This document shows, piece after piece, positions 29,940-39,882 of a DNA stretch of 64,000 bases. Positions within the stretch are counted from its first letter, which is position 1, and each line of letters begins with the position of its first letter. Under the pieces are notes generated by a model, which saw only the letters and a program-made list of their open reading frames with translations, had not been told where the DNA came from and made no database searches. Origin of the DNA: Chloroflexota bacterium (lineage in GTDB: Bacteria > Chloroflexota > Limnocylindria > Limnocylindrales > CSP1-4); assembly GCA_021802825.1 (NCBI GenBank), contig JAJZRG010000014.1, positions 1,133 to 65,132 of the forward strand, read 5' to 3'. A program made the translations under genes and the position numbers.

Positions 29940-31049
29940 TCACGCCGCCCCCTCGAGCGCAGCGGCGATCGCCGTGCCTGCGCCGGCCGGCGCCAGGTCG
30001 AAGCCGGATGCGCGCTCCGCGGCGAGCCTCGGGGCATCGGCGGTCGGCGCGAGCCGTGCGAGCTCGGCGGAAGCCCGCCCGCGGTCCAGCCCCACGACCA
30101 CCATCTGCCCGCCAGACTCGGCCACGGCCTCGACCCACTCGGTGCGGTCGCGCAGGATCAGGCACGGCGTCCGGAGCCAGGCTGCCTCGCGCTGGACGCC
30201 GCCGGAGTCGGTCAGGACCGCCGCGGCGTGGAGCTGGAGCGTGAGAGTGGTGCGGTAGCCCTGCGGCGCGATCACGCTGACGGCCGGGTCCAGCGTGAGG
30301 CCCGCCGTTTCGAGGGCGGCGCGCGTGCCGGGATGCAGCGCGAGGACCACTGGGCGGACCGCCGCCGCATCGCCGAGGATGAACGCCCAGGCTCGCATCG
30401 CCGCTGGCTCGCGGTTCTCGGCGCGGTGCACGGTTGCAAAGGCGTAGCCGCCGGGCGTGAGGGGCAAGCCGAGGCCTGATGCGACGGCCGCCAGCGCCGC
30501 AGGGTCACGCGCCTGGCCGCCGACGCGCGACGCGAGGTCCTGCATGAGGTCGCCCACCTCGAGCACGCCGCTCGTGATGCCCTCCGCCGTCAGATTCGCG
30601 ACCGCGGCGGGTGTTGGCGCGAACAGCCAGCGCGAGAGGTGGTCCGCCACCACGCGGTTGATCTCCTCGGGCATCCGCCGGTCGAACGAGCGCAGCCCGG
30701 CCTCGACGTGCGCCACCGCGATCCCCAGCTTCGACGCCGCCAGCGCCCCCACCAGCGTGGAGTTGGTGTCACCGTAAACGAGGACCGCGTCTGGGCGCTC
30801 GCCGACCAGGATCGGCTCGAGCGCGAGCAGCATCCGTGCGGTCTGCTCCGCGTGGCCGCCCCCGCCGACGCCGAGCGAGTGGTCGGGCCGGGGCAGCGAG
30901 AGCTCGGCGAAGAAGGCGCCGGCCATCGCCTCGTCGTAGTGCTGCCCGGTGTCCACGAACACCTCGTCGTGGCGGGCGCGAAGGGCGGGCATCAGCGCCG
31001 CGGCCTTGATGAGCTGCGGGCGGGTACCGACGACGCTGACGATTCGCAC
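29940..31049 (-). CDS. wecB: Non-hydrolysing UDP-N-acetylglucosamine 2-epimerase family (WecB/WbpI-like)
   Basis: VVGTRPQLIK, TGQHYD, VYGDTNST, HVEAGLRS, PEEINR, LTDSGGVQREA. Confidence 0.95.
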   Translation of the reverse strand: MRIVSVVGTRPQLIKAAALMPALRARHDEVFVDTGQHYDEAMAGAFFAELSLPRPDHSLGVGGGGHAEQTARMLLALEPILVGERPDAVLVYGDTNSTLVGALAASKLGIAVAHVEAGLRSFDRRMPEEINRVVADHLSRWLFAPTPAAVANLTAEGITSGVLEVGDLMQDLASRVGGQARDPAALAAVASGLGLPLTPGGYAFATVHRAENREPAAMRAWAFILGDAAAVRPVVLALHPGTRAALETAGLTLDPAVSVIAPQGYRTTLTLQLHAAAVLTDSGGVQREAAWLRTPCLILRDRTEWVEAVAESGGQMVVVGLDRGRASAELARLAPTADAPRLAAERASGFDLAPAGAGTAIAAALEGAA

Positions 31050-31088
31050 GGTGCGACTCGACCTCGGTTTCGTGCCGGTGCCGGGTGG

Positions 31089-32516
31089 TCAGGCGCCCGC
31101 GCGGACGCGGGTGGCGGCCTGGACGCCCACGCCCAGATACGTCACGCCGCTGGGCAGCGCGAGCGTGCGCAGGCTGTTGCGCCCGTCGTAGACCACGGCA
31201 AGGTCCGGGAACCACGCCGGGTCGAGGGAGGAGAACTGCCTGTCCGCGGTCTGCGTCACGATGGCACGGTGCGGCCCGGGCTCGCCCCAGGCCCACGCCT
31301 TCGCGCCCAGCGCCTCGATCTCGGCCGGGGTCAGGAGCGGGTCGTAGGCCGACACCTCCGCGCCCGCGGCGAGCAGGTCGCGGATCAGCGGGATCGCCCG
31401 GCTGTACGCCAGCTCCTTGACGCCCTCGCGGTACGTGATGCCCAGCACCAGCACGGGCGCCCCGGCGAGGCCGCCCAGCAGCGCGCCGATGGCCTGGAGC
31501 GCGCGGTCCGTCTGGCCGTCGTTCACCTCACGCGCCGTCTCCACGATCCGCAGGCCAGGTGCCCGGGCGAGGAGGAGATGCGGGTAGACGGGGATGCAGT
31601 GCCCACCGACGCCGATGCCGGGCATGTGGATGTGGCTGTAGGGCTGGCTGTTGGCGGCGGCGATGACCTCGGTCACGTCGATGCCGTGCAGGTCGGCAAC
31701 GCGGGCGAACTCGTTGGCCAGGCCGATGTTGACGTCGCGGTAGGTGGTGTCGGCGAGCTTGCTGAACTCGGCGGCCTCGGACGAGGACATCGCGACGACC
31801 TCGGCGTCGAGCACCGAGGCGTAGAACGCGGCCGCGCGGTCCGTGGAGGCGGGCGTGATCCCGCCGACGAGCTTGGGGTACGCGGCGAGGTTCGCGAGCA
31901 CGGCGCCGCTGAACAGGCGCTCGGGCGAGAACGCCACATGGAAGTCCCGGCCGGCCACAAGGCCGGACGCGTGCTCCAGGCGGGGGGCGAATCGGCCGCG
32001 CGTGTCGCCGATGGGCAGCGTGGTCTCGAAGATGACGGTCGACCCGGCGTGGACGCCGGGCGCGATCGAGTCCAACGCGGGGTCCATGTACCGGTAGTCG
32101 GGCTGGTGATGCTCGTTGAGCATGACGGGCACGATGAGCACGACGACGTCGGCCTCGCGCGCCGCCTGCGCCGCGTCGAGGGTCGCCCGCAGCCGACCCT
32201 CCGCGTGCACGCGACCCACCATCTCCGCGAGGCCGGGCTCCTCGCCGACATGGCTCTGGCCGGAGTTGATCGCCTCGACCACCGCGGGGTTCACGTCCAC
32301 GGCGATGACCCGCCAGCCGTGGGTCGCGAACTGGGCCGCCAGCGGCAGACCCATCTTGCCGGCCCCCACGACCGCGACCGTCCCGGCCGTCCCCTCCTCG
32401 CCGGTCCAGGGCGAGACGGAGCGCGCCGGCCTATGGGTGCACGGCTGCGGCGGCACGGTGATCGAGCCGCCGAGCATGGAGGCGCCCACCGAGGGGCGGG
32501 TGACGATGCGGCTCAT
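31089..32516 (-). CDS. Nucleotide-sugar (UDP-GlcNAc/ManNAc) 6-dehydrogenase (WbpA/WecC-like)
   Basis: VVGAGKMGLPLA, FSPERL, AEFSKL, YRDVNIGLANE, PGIGVGGHCIP. Confidence 0.92.
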   Translation of the reverse strand: MSRIVTRPSVGASMLGGSITVPPQPCTHRPARSVSPWTGEEGTAGTVAVVGAGKMGLPLAAQFATHGWRVIAVDVNPAVVEAINSGQSHVGEEPGLAEMVGRVHAEGRLRATLDAAQAAREADVVVLIVPVMLNEHHQPDYRYMDPALDSIAPGVHAGSTVIFETTLPIGDTRGRFAPRLEHASGLVAGRDFHVAFSPERLFSGAVLANLAAYPKLVGGITPASTDRAAAFYASVLDAEVVAMSSSEAAEFSKLADTTYRDVNIGLANEFARVADLHGIDVTEVIAAANSQPYSHIHMPGIGVGGHCIPVYPHLLLARAPGLRIVETAREVNDGQTDRALQAIGALLGGLAGAPVLVLGITYREGVKELAYSRAIPLIRDLLAAGAEVSAYDPLLTPAEIEALGAKAWAWGEPGPHRAIVTQTADRQFSSLDPAWFPDLAVVYDGRNSLRTLALPSGVTYLGVGVQAATRVRAGA

Positions 32517-33535
32517 GCGGGGGCGGCCTCCACGGTCAGGTCCACGGGGCGGACGCTCTCCGCGGCCTCGAGCAGCGCGGTCGCGATGCGCACCGCCCAC
32601 GCGCCGTCCTCGCCGTCGACGTACGGGCGCTCCCCCGTGCGCGCGGCGCGCACGAACGCGTCGAGCTGCGCCTTGAGCGGCTCGTGGGTCTCGACGTCGA
32701 TGTCCAGCACGTCGCCGGAGAACGTCGGTGCGTAGCCGGCGATGAGCTCGCCGTGGGCGAGGTCCGACTTGGTGAAGGTGAGCTTCTGGGTCAGGTAGTC
32801 GAGCTCGAACATGCCCTCCTCGCCGATGACCACCAGTTGGCGGCGCTTGGCGGGGGTGAGCCAGTTCACGTCCAGCATGCCGGTGGCGCCCGACGGGAAG
32901 TGGAGCAGGCCGAACAGGAGGTCCTCGTGCGTTGCGTGCTTGCGCTGCGCGAGCTCGGCATAGGCGCGGACAGGGCGCTCGCCGGCGACCCAGCTGAGCA
33001 TGTCGGCATCGTGGGTGGCGAGGTCCACGGTCACGCCCACGTCGCGGATGCGCGCGGGGAACGGGCCGGCCCGTCGCGAGACGATGGCGTAGATCTTGGT
33101 CACCCAGCCCGCCCGCAGCAGCTCGCCCAACTTGAGGACCGCGGGGTTGTAGCGCTCGACATGGCCCACCTGGACCGGGACGCCGGCCGCGCGCCCGGCC
33201 TCCACGATGCGCAGCGCCTCGTCATGCGTGGCCGCAAGCGGCTTCTCGACCAGGACCGGGAGCCCGCGCTCGATGGCGGCCAGCGCCAGCGGCACGTGCG
33301 CGGTGGTGGGCGCGGCGATCACGAGGGCGTCGATGTCCGCCTCGCGAATCATGGTCTGCGGGTCGTCGTACCCGGTGGCGCCGGTCTGCGCGGCGGCGGC
33401 CGCCAGCGCAGCGGGATCAAGGTCCGAGACCGCGGCGAGCGTCGTCTCGGGGTGCGTGGAGATGACCCGCAGGTGGTTGCGGCCCATCATCCCCAGGCCG
33501 ACGAGCCCGACCCGCAGCCGCGGCGCCTCGCTCAT
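32513..33535 (-). CDS. Gfo/Idh/MocA oxidoreductase (WbpB/WlbA-like 3-dehydrogenase)
   Basis: VGLVGLGMMGRNH, LVEKPLA, VGHVERYNPA, RIRDVGVTVDLATHD. Confidence 0.9.
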   Translation of the reverse strand: MSEAPRLRVGLVGLGMMGRNHLRVISTHPETTLAAVSDLDPAALAAAAAQTGATGYDDPQTMIREADIDALVIAAPTTAHVPLALAAIERGLPVLVEKPLAATHDEALRIVEAGRAAGVPVQVGHVERYNPAVLKLGELLRAGWVTKIYAIVSRRAGPFPARIRDVGVTVDLATHDADMLSWVAGERPVRAYAELAQRKHATHEDLLFGLLHFPSGATGMLDVNWLTPAKRRQLVVIGEEGMFELDYLTQKLTFTKSDLAHGELIAGYAPTFSGDVLDIDVETHEPLKAQLDAFVRAARTGERPYVDGEDGAWAVRIATALLEAAESVRPVDLTVEAAPA

Positions 33536-34626
33536 CGGGCCACCGGGGTCGCGACCTCGCGGACCGACCGCACGATCGTGGCGAGGTCGTCCTGCGAGAG
33601 CTTGGGGTGGACCGGGATCGCGAGCACCTCGTCCGAGAGCTGGTCGGTGACCGGGAGGTGGAGGTCGGCCGCACCGGGCACGAACGCCTGGAGGTACGCC
33701 TGTTTGTGGATCGGCACCGGGTAGTAGATCAGCGTGCCCACGCCGCGCTCGGTCAGGCCCTCGATGACCCGCTGCCGCTCGCCCGGGAAGCGCATCACGT
33801 ACTGGTGCCACACGTGCTCGCGACCCTCGGGGACGGTGGGCGTGAGGTAGTCGCCGGAGAGCTCGCGAGTGAGGTAGGCCGCGTTGCGCCGACGCTGCTC
33901 GGTCCGCGCGTCCAGGCCCCCCAGCTGCGCCAGGCCGATGGCCGCCGCGATGTCGCCGGGCTTGTAGTTGGTGCCCAGGCTCTCGTGGTAGTAGCGGACG
34001 CGCATGCCGTGGTTGCGGATCAGCCGGAGCCGGTCGGCGACGTCGTCGTCGTCGGTCGTGGCGAAGCCGCCCTCGCCGGTCATCAGGTTCTTCGTGGCGT
34101 AGAGGCTGAACATGGCGGGGCCGAACTGGCCGGCCCGGCGGCCGCGGTATGTCGCCCCGTGGGCCTGCGCCGCGTCTTCGATGACCACGAGGTTGTGGCG
34201 CCCGGCGATGTCCTCGAGCGGGGCCATGTCGGCCATCAGCCCGTAGAGGTGGACCGGCATGATCGCCTTGGTCCGGGGCGTGATCGCGGCCTCGACCTGG
34301 GCTGCGTCCATGCAGAAGTCGTCCGCGCAGATGTCCACGAACACCGGGCGGGCGCCGGCGCGGAGGATGACCGACACCGTCGCGTTGAAGGAGAACGAGA
34401 CCGTGATGACCTCGTCGCCCTCGCCGATTCCCAGCGCGTGGAGCACCGCCTCCTGGGCCACGGTCCCGTTGGACATCAGGACCGCGTGCTTGACGCCGCA
34501 GTACGCGGCCCACGCCTCCTCGAACGCCTTGGTCTTGGGACCCATCGCGAGCATGCCCGAGCGGAGCACCTCGAGGACGGCCTCCTCCTCGGCGGGACCT
34601 ATGTCGGGCTTGGAGATCGGGATCAT
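33532..34626 (-). CDS. DegT/DnrJ/EryC1/StrS aminotransferase (WbpE/WlbC-like)
   Basis: MIPISKP, PVHLYG, IEDAAQAHG, FSLYATKNLMTGEGG. Confidence 0.93.
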   Translation of the reverse strand: MIPISKPDIGPAEEEAVLEVLRSGMLAMGPKTKAFEEAWAAYCGVKHAVLMSNGTVAQEAVLHALGIGEGDEVITVSFSFNATVSVILRAGARPVFVDICADDFCMDAAQVEAAITPRTKAIMPVHLYGLMADMAPLEDIAGRHNLVVIEDAAQAHGATYRGRRAGQFGPAMFSLYATKNLMTGEGGFATTDDDDVADRLRLIRNHGMRVRYYHESLGTNYKPGDIAAAIGLAQLGGLDARTEQRRRNAAYLTRELSGDYLTPTVPEGREHVWHQYVMRFPGERQRVIEGLTERGVGTLIYYPVPIHKQAYLQAFVPGAADLHLPVTDQLSDEVLAIPVHPKLSQDDLATIVRSVREVATPVAR

Positions 34627-34639
34627 CTTCGCTCCCCGC

Positions 34640-35263
34640 TCAGGCGGCGACGCAGGCGTCGCCCGTGATGGTGTAGGTGGACCGGCAGCGGGGACACACG
34701 GCCGCGCCTTCGTAGTTGCCGCGGACCGTCGCCCCCGCGGCATCAACCAGCCGCTGGCCGCAGCCGCACACCCAGCCGATCCGGCGAGCGGGGCTGCCGG
34801 CGACGAGCGCGTGATCCGGCACGGTCCGCGTCACGACCGACCCGGCGCCGACGGTGGCGAACCGGCCCACGTCCACGCCCGCCACGACGACGGCGCCAGC
34901 GCCGATCGAGCAGCCGGCGCGCAAGGTGATCGGCGAGACCTCCCAGTCGTCCGCGCGCGCCAGCTCGCCGTCCGCGGTGATGGCCCGCGGGTAGCGATCG
35001 TTGGTGAGGATCGCGTTGGGGCCGATGAACACGCCGTCCTCGACCGTGACGCCGTGGTAGACGAGCGCGAGGTTCTGGACCTTGACGCGATTGCCGAGGG
35101 TCACGCCCTCGTCGATGAACGCATCGCGGCCGATGATGCACTCGGCACCGATCCTGGCCCCGATCCGCACCTGTGCTCGGTGCCAGATGCTGCTCCCGGG
35201 CCCGACCGAGACGTCCGCCTCGAGGTCGGCGGTCGGGTGGATCCGGGCGGTCGGGTGGATCAA
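34640..35263 (-). CDS. Hexapeptide-repeat N-acetyltransferase (WbpD/WlbB-like)
   Basis: IHPTA, SIWH, VKVQN, VFIGPNAILTNDRYPR, GSPARRIGWVCGCG plus C-terminal CPRC zinc knuckle; start uncertain. Confidence 0.9.
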   Translation of the reverse strand: MIHPTARIHPTADLEADVSVGPGSSIWHRAQVRIGARIGAECIIGRDAFIDEGVTLGNRVKVQNLALVYHGVTVEDGVFIGPNAILTNDRYPRAITADGELARADDWEVSPITLRAGCSIGAGAVVVAGVDVGRFATVGAGSVVTRTVPDHALVAGSPARRIGWVCGCGQRLVDAAGATVRGNYEGAAVCPRCRSTYTITGDACVAA

Positions 35264-35420
35264 GGCGGGCTCGCTCCGTGCGTGACTGGGCGTCGTGCGA
35301 CCGAAGCTGGGCGCGGCGACGGGCGCGACCAGCGAGTGGCCGGTCTCGCGACCGGAGCCAGTATACCGACCGGTTCTCGGCCATCCCCGGGAGGCTGATC
35401 GCGGCGCGGCGCGCCCGGGC

Positions 35421-36113
35421 TCAGCGGCGACGCAGGGCTCGGGCGACGGTGGCCACGATCCCAAGGCCCATGCCGAACGCGAGGCCGCCCCGCCAGTCGA
35501 GCAGCGTCCGGACCTCGCCATCCACCTTGGCCGCCAGCACCACGAGCGCCGCGCTCGGCCGGGTCAGCGTCACCTTGCCAGCGATCAGCGTCCGGACGAA
35601 ACCCTGGTCGATGGTGGCCTCGCGGGCAATGACAGTGCCCACGATGCCCTGCGTCACGCGCAGCTCGCCGGCCGCGGCGGCACCAACGCTGCCCCAGTCA
35701 ACGTTGAGCACGTCGGCACGCCCGGCGCCGATCCCGCCGAACTGGACGAAGACGTCCTCCGCGTCGAGCCGTCCGATGCCGCCCATGCGGACCTCGACCT
35801 TCGATGCCGTCGCCGCGCCGATGCCGCCGCGCTCCAAGCGGAGGTTGGAGACGGCGACGCGCTCGATCCCCTGCCGGCTCCGGGTCTCGACGAGCGCTGT
35901 CGATGGGACGGCCGGGTCGGTGGACGGGGAGGCGCCGGGCTCGCCCGTGTCCTCGGTCGATCGGAGGGCCTGTCTCGCCGCGGCCTCTGCCCTGGCCTCG
36001 GCTTCGGCGGCCGTGTCGGCCGCGGCCAGGGCAGCATGGTCAAGCGGCGCGGGGCTTTCGTGGGCACCGGCGTCCCGCGAGCTCGCGGGATCGGGAGTGT
36101 TCGGCTCGGTCAT
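35421..36113 (-). CDS. Hypothetical protein with 15-residue beta-solenoid-like repeats and C-terminal TM
   Basis: Repeats LRLERGGIG / VEVRMGGIG / VFVQFGGIG / LNVDWGSVG / LRVTQGIVG; GAGG before ATG. Confidence 0.75.
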   Translation of the reverse strand: MTEPNTPDPASSRDAGAHESPAPLDHAALAAADTAAEAEARAEAAARQALRSTEDTGEPGASPSTDPAVPSTALVETRSRQGIERVAVSNLRLERGGIGAATASKVEVRMGGIGRLDAEDVFVQFGGIGAGRADVLNVDWGSVGAAAAGELRVTQGIVGTVIAREATIDQGFVRTLIAGKVTLTRPSAALVVLAAKVDGEVRTLLDWRGGLAFGMGLGIVATVARALRRR

Positions 36114-36318
36114 CTGGGGCCTCACTTCGTGCATTCGGGGCACAGCGTACGACGCCGCCCCGTCGCGGCCAACGTCCGAGCCTCGCCCTCCTGCGTGGCA
36201 GGTCCTCAAGGCGGGCGCGTTAACGGCTATAGTCCGCGCGGGCTCGGCGGCACGCCGCACGCCACGAAGGGGAGATCCGAATGTCTGCTCAAGGTCAGGC
36301 CGCCGGAGGGCCGGCCTG

Positions 36319-37599
36319 TTGAGGCGCGCTGCTGCTGTGGCCCTCGTCGTCTTCGCGCTCGCTGGCGGCGTCGGCATCGGCATCGTCGCCGGGCGCACGA
36401 TCATGGGCACACCCGCCCCCTCGTCGGGCATCGCGCAGACAAGCCCGCCGGCCGGCGCGAGCAGTGCTGCGCCGAGCGTCACCCCCTCGGATTCGGGCGT
36501 CACCCCCTCGGATTCGGGCGTCGCCCCCTCCGACTCGGCCTCGCCCCAACCCACCGCGACGCCCGTCCCCACGCCCGTCCTCGTCCCCGACCCGCTCGAC
36601 GGCGTGCTCGTGGCGCCGGCCGTGGCCCAGCGCCATGTCGTGGCGGTCATGATCGACGACCAGCAGGACGCACGGCCCCAGTCCGGCCTGTCGGCGGCGA
36701 GCCAGGTCTGGCAGGCCCCCGCCGAAGGTGGCATCCCGCGTTACGTCGCGCTGTTCTCCGAGGGCATGCCGCCTGCCGTGGGACCGATCCGGAGCTCGCG
36801 GCTGTACTTCATCGCCTGGGCCGCCGAATGGAATGCGGTGTACATGCACGTTGGGGGCTCGCCGCAGGCCCTGGCGCTGCTCCGCAGCTCGCAGGGTCGG
36901 GGCAAGGTCGTCTGGAACGCCGACGAGATCAGCCTGGGCGACGTCTACATGTGGCGGGTCAAGACGCGCGACCCGCCGCACAACGTGTACTCCAACTTCA
37001 AGTCCATGCAGCTCCTGGTCAAGGCACTGCACGCGCCGGTCAGCGTCAACTACAAGGCGCACTGGCAGTTCGCTCCCGATGCACCGCTGGAGCAGCGACC
37101 GGCCAGCGGCTCGATCCGCGTCCCCTACCTCGCCAACGTGATCAGCTACGCCTACCAGGCGTCCAGCAACACGTACCTTCGGTCGGTTACCGCCGAGGGC
37201 AAGCAGGTGGACGCGGCGACGAAGACGCGGATCGCCCCCAAGAACGTCGTCGTGATCTTCATGAGTTTCGCGCCCCTCAACGACGCGAAGCACCGGCTCG
37301 AGGCACAGTTCACCGGCAGTGGCACGGCGTGGGTGTTCACCAACGGGACCCTCGTCAAGGGCACCTGGAAGAAGGCGTCGATGACCGCGCCGACGCTCCT
37401 GTTCGGCCCGGGCGGCGGGCCTGTGACGCTCACGGTGGGCCAGACGTTCGTGCAGGTCGTCGATCTCGGGACCAACGTGACATACAAAGTGGGCAGGGTT
37501 CCCGCAGCGACCGCCCCGAGCCCGTCGCCGAGCCCGTCGCCCGTCGGGGACGTGCCCACGCCGCCCACGCTCGTCGCGGACCGGCGACTGGTCCTCTAG
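36319..37599 (+). CDS. DUF3048 domain exported protein
   Basis: N-terminal TM, S/P/T linker, AVMIDDQQDARPQSGL, EGGIPRY, GPIRSSR, PHNVY; GGAGG before TTG 36319. Confidence 0.85.
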   Translation: MRRAAAVALVVFALAGGVGIGIVAGRTIMGTPAPSSGIAQTSPPAGASSAAPSVTPSDSGVTPSDSGVAPSDSASPQPTATPVPTPVLVPDPLDGVLVAPAVAQRHVVAVMIDDQQDARPQSGLSAASQVWQAPAEGGIPRYVALFSEGMPPAVGPIRSSRLYFIAWAAEWNAVYMHVGGSPQALALLRSSQGRGKVVWNADEISLGDVYMWRVKTRDPPHNVYSNFKSMQLLVKALHAPVSVNYKAHWQFAPDAPLEQRPASGSIRVPYLANVISYAYQASSNTYLRSVTAEGKQVDAATKTRIAPKNVVVIFMSFAPLNDAKHRLEAQFTGSGTAWVFTNGTLVKGTWKKASMTAPTLLFGPGGGPVTLTVGQTFVQVVDLGTNVTYKVGRVPAATAPSPSPSPSPVGDVPTPPTLVADRRLVL

Positions 37600-37638
37600 C
37601 CGACCGCGGTAACGGCGCGGGCTCCCGGGGTTCCGGGC

Positions 37639-38922
37639 CTAGAGCATCGGCGCGTGGCGCGCGGCCTCGGCCCAGATTGCACGCGTCTCGCGCGCCACGT
37701 CGGCCCAGGTCCGCGACGCTGCGGGGCGCTCTGACGTCGCCGCCCGGAGGCCGGCCAGCAGCCGATCGTCAGACCAGGCCGCGCGCAGGGCCACGGCCAG
37801 ACGACGCGCGTCGCCAGGCTCCACCACGATGCCAGCGGGGCCGATGATCTCGGGCAGGGCGCCCACGTTGCTCGCCACCACCGGCACGCCCGCGGCCAGC
37901 GCCTCCATCGCAGACGTCCCCGCGGCGTCGGAGACGACGGGCTGGACGAGGAACCGGGCGCCCGCCACCAGCGCCGCGAGCCGAGCGTCGTCGAGCCCCT
38001 GCGCGTACACCAGCGACTCGCCCACGCCCGCCCGCGAGGCCGCCCGCGAGATCTCGGCGCGGTCGTCGGGCGAGGCGCCAACCACGGCAATCCTCGGCGG
38101 CCAGGCGTCGGCCGGCACGCCGGACGGTGACGGCTCAGCCGCCAGCGCGGCGAGGGCGTCGAGCAGCGTGTCGAGATCGTGGCGCGCGTCGAACCGGCCC
38201 TCGTACACGGCATAGCGCTCTGCCAGGCCCAGCCGGTCGCGCTCGGCGGGAGCACTGGCCGCGGCGGAGGGCCGGAACGACGAGCGCGGCGCTAGCGCCA
38301 CGATGCGAAGGGCGGCCTGGCGCACGTGCAGCAACCGACGCGCGTCGGCGCCGGCCGACCGGCTCGGGACGATCACGGCCGCCGCATCCTTCAGCAGTCG
38401 CGCCCGGAGCCGCTGGCCGAACTTGGCCGCGCGGCCCTTCTGCCAGGCGTCAGGCAGCTGCCACGGCGCGAGGTCGAGCAGCGAGGCGACGACCGGGATC
38501 CCCGACGCGATGGGCAGGGCGCCAGCCGCCGCGTGGTACACGGACCCGGCGGCGCCTCCGCGCTCCGCCCGCCAGCCCGAGCCGATCGACGCCCCGCGCA
38601 GCAGGAACGGGTCCACGGTGAGCGCGCCGGAGCGGAGCAGCCGCGTCGGTGGCAGCAGGCGGCGGCCGATGACCTGGAGGTTCGACCACTGTGCCGTCGG
38701 GTCGTCGAGGTCGAGCGCCAACAGGAACGCGAAGGACTCGCCCTCGCGCGGGTCGGCGTCGAGCGCGGACAGGAGCTGCTCGAGGTACTCGGCGGTGAGC
38801 GGCGCGCGGTGGGGCGCCTGAAGCGGCCGCAGGTCCATGACGATCCGCACGCCTGCCGGCGCCACGATGGGCTGGCGGTCATCGCCCGAACCTGGGCGCC
38901 AGCCGTCCCTCTGCGGCGTCAT
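37639..38922 (-). CDS. Glycosyltransferase family 4 (mannosyltransferase-like)
   Basis: RIVMDLRPLQ, LLDLAPW, GTSAMEALAAGVPVVASNVGALPEI. Confidence 0.88.
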   Translation of the reverse strand: MTPQRDGWRPGSGDDRQPIVAPAGVRIVMDLRPLQAPHRAPLTAEYLEQLLSALDADPREGESFAFLLALDLDDPTAQWSNLQVIGRRLLPPTRLLRSGALTVDPFLLRGASIGSGWRAERGGAAGSVYHAAAGALPIASGIPVVASLLDLAPWQLPDAWQKGRAAKFGQRLRARLLKDAAAVIVPSRSAGADARRLLHVRQAALRIVALAPRSSFRPSAAASAPAERDRLGLAERYAVYEGRFDARHDLDTLLDALAALAAEPSPSGVPADAWPPRIAVVGASPDDRAEISRAASRAGVGESLVYAQGLDDARLAALVAGARFLVQPVVSDAAGTSAMEALAAGVPVVASNVGALPEIIGPAGIVVEPGDARRLAVALRAAWSDDRLLAGLRAATSERPAASRTWADVARETRAIWAEAARHAPML

Positions 38923-38951
38923 CGCATCAGGGACGCGGGCCGGGACCCGGG

Positions 38952-39854
38952 TCACGATCGAGATGGCCGCTTCGGGCCACGGCCGCGGAGCTCGTCCCAG
39001 CGCAGGCTCAGCACCACGAAAAACGCCTCGACAATAATCCGCCGGCTCATCTTCGACTGTCCCGCAAGCCGATCCCGGAACAGGATGGGCACCTCGACCA
39101 CACGGGCGCCAAGACGGCTCGCGCGATACGTCATCTCGATCTGGAACACGTAGCCGCCGGCGCGGACGCCATCGGCCGGGACCGACGCGAGCGTCGCCGA
39201 GCGCCACGCCTTGAACCCGCCCGTGAGGTCGTTGGGCGCCAGACCCAGCATCGACCGCGCGAACAGCGATCCGCAGCGCGAGATGAGCTTGCGCAGCAGG
39301 CCCCAGTCGGTCGTGCCGCCCCCGGCTACGTAGCGCGAGCCGATGACCAGGTCGGCGCGACCCTCAAGCAGGGGCCGGACCAGCGACGGCAGCGCCGCCG
39401 GATCGTGCGACCAGTCCGCGTCCATCTGGACGACGACCTTCGCGCCGCCCGTGAGTGCGACGCCAAACCCGTCGAGGTACGCGCGGCCGAGACCCTGCTT
39501 CGCCTTGCGGTGCCGGACCTGTACCAGCGGGTTCTCCGCGGCCAGCCGATCGGCGAACTCGCCGGTGCCATCGGGCGACCCGTCGTCCACCACGAGGAGC
39601 GTGGCGCCCGGGAGGGCCGTCAGGATGGCCGCCGAGATCGCCTCGATGTTGGCCACCTCGTTGTAGGTGGGCAGGACGACCCACGTGCCGGCGTATCCGG
39701 GCGCCACAGCCGAAGCCGCAGACACAGCGGGAGCGGCCTCGGCGGCTGCCGGGGCTATCTCGGCCTGATCGTCGTCAGCGGCCTGGTCGTCGTCAGCGGC
39801 CTGGGAGCGCGGCCCTTGGCTCTCGGGAAGACGCTGCTCGGACAGAGTGCTCAC
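38952..39854 (-). CDS. Polyprenol-phosphate mannose synthase-like GT2
   Basis: VVLPTYNE, VVDDGSPDGTG, GLGRAY, QMDADWSHDP, DLTGGFKAW, GYVFQIEM. Confidence 0.92.
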   Translation of the reverse strand: MSTLSEQRLPESQGPRSQAADDDQAADDDQAEIAPAAAEAAPAVSAASAVAPGYAGTWVVLPTYNEVANIEAISAAILTALPGATLLVVDDGSPDGTGEFADRLAAENPLVQVRHRKAKQGLGRAYLDGFGVALTGGAKVVVQMDADWSHDPAALPSLVRPLLEGRADLVIGSRYVAGGGTTDWGLLRKLISRCGSLFARSMLGLAPNDLTGGFKAWRSATLASVPADGVRAGGYVFQIEMTYRASRLGARVVEVPILFRDRLAGQSKMSRRIIVEAFFVVLSLRWDELRGRGPKRPSRS

Positions 39855-39882
39855 GCCGGGCAGTGTACGGGTCAGGCGACGA

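Noticed and set aside
36281-36322. ATG with good SD as the start of the DUF3048 gene
   Set aside because: Out of frame (13-codon ORF); in-frame TTG 36319 has its own GGAGG.
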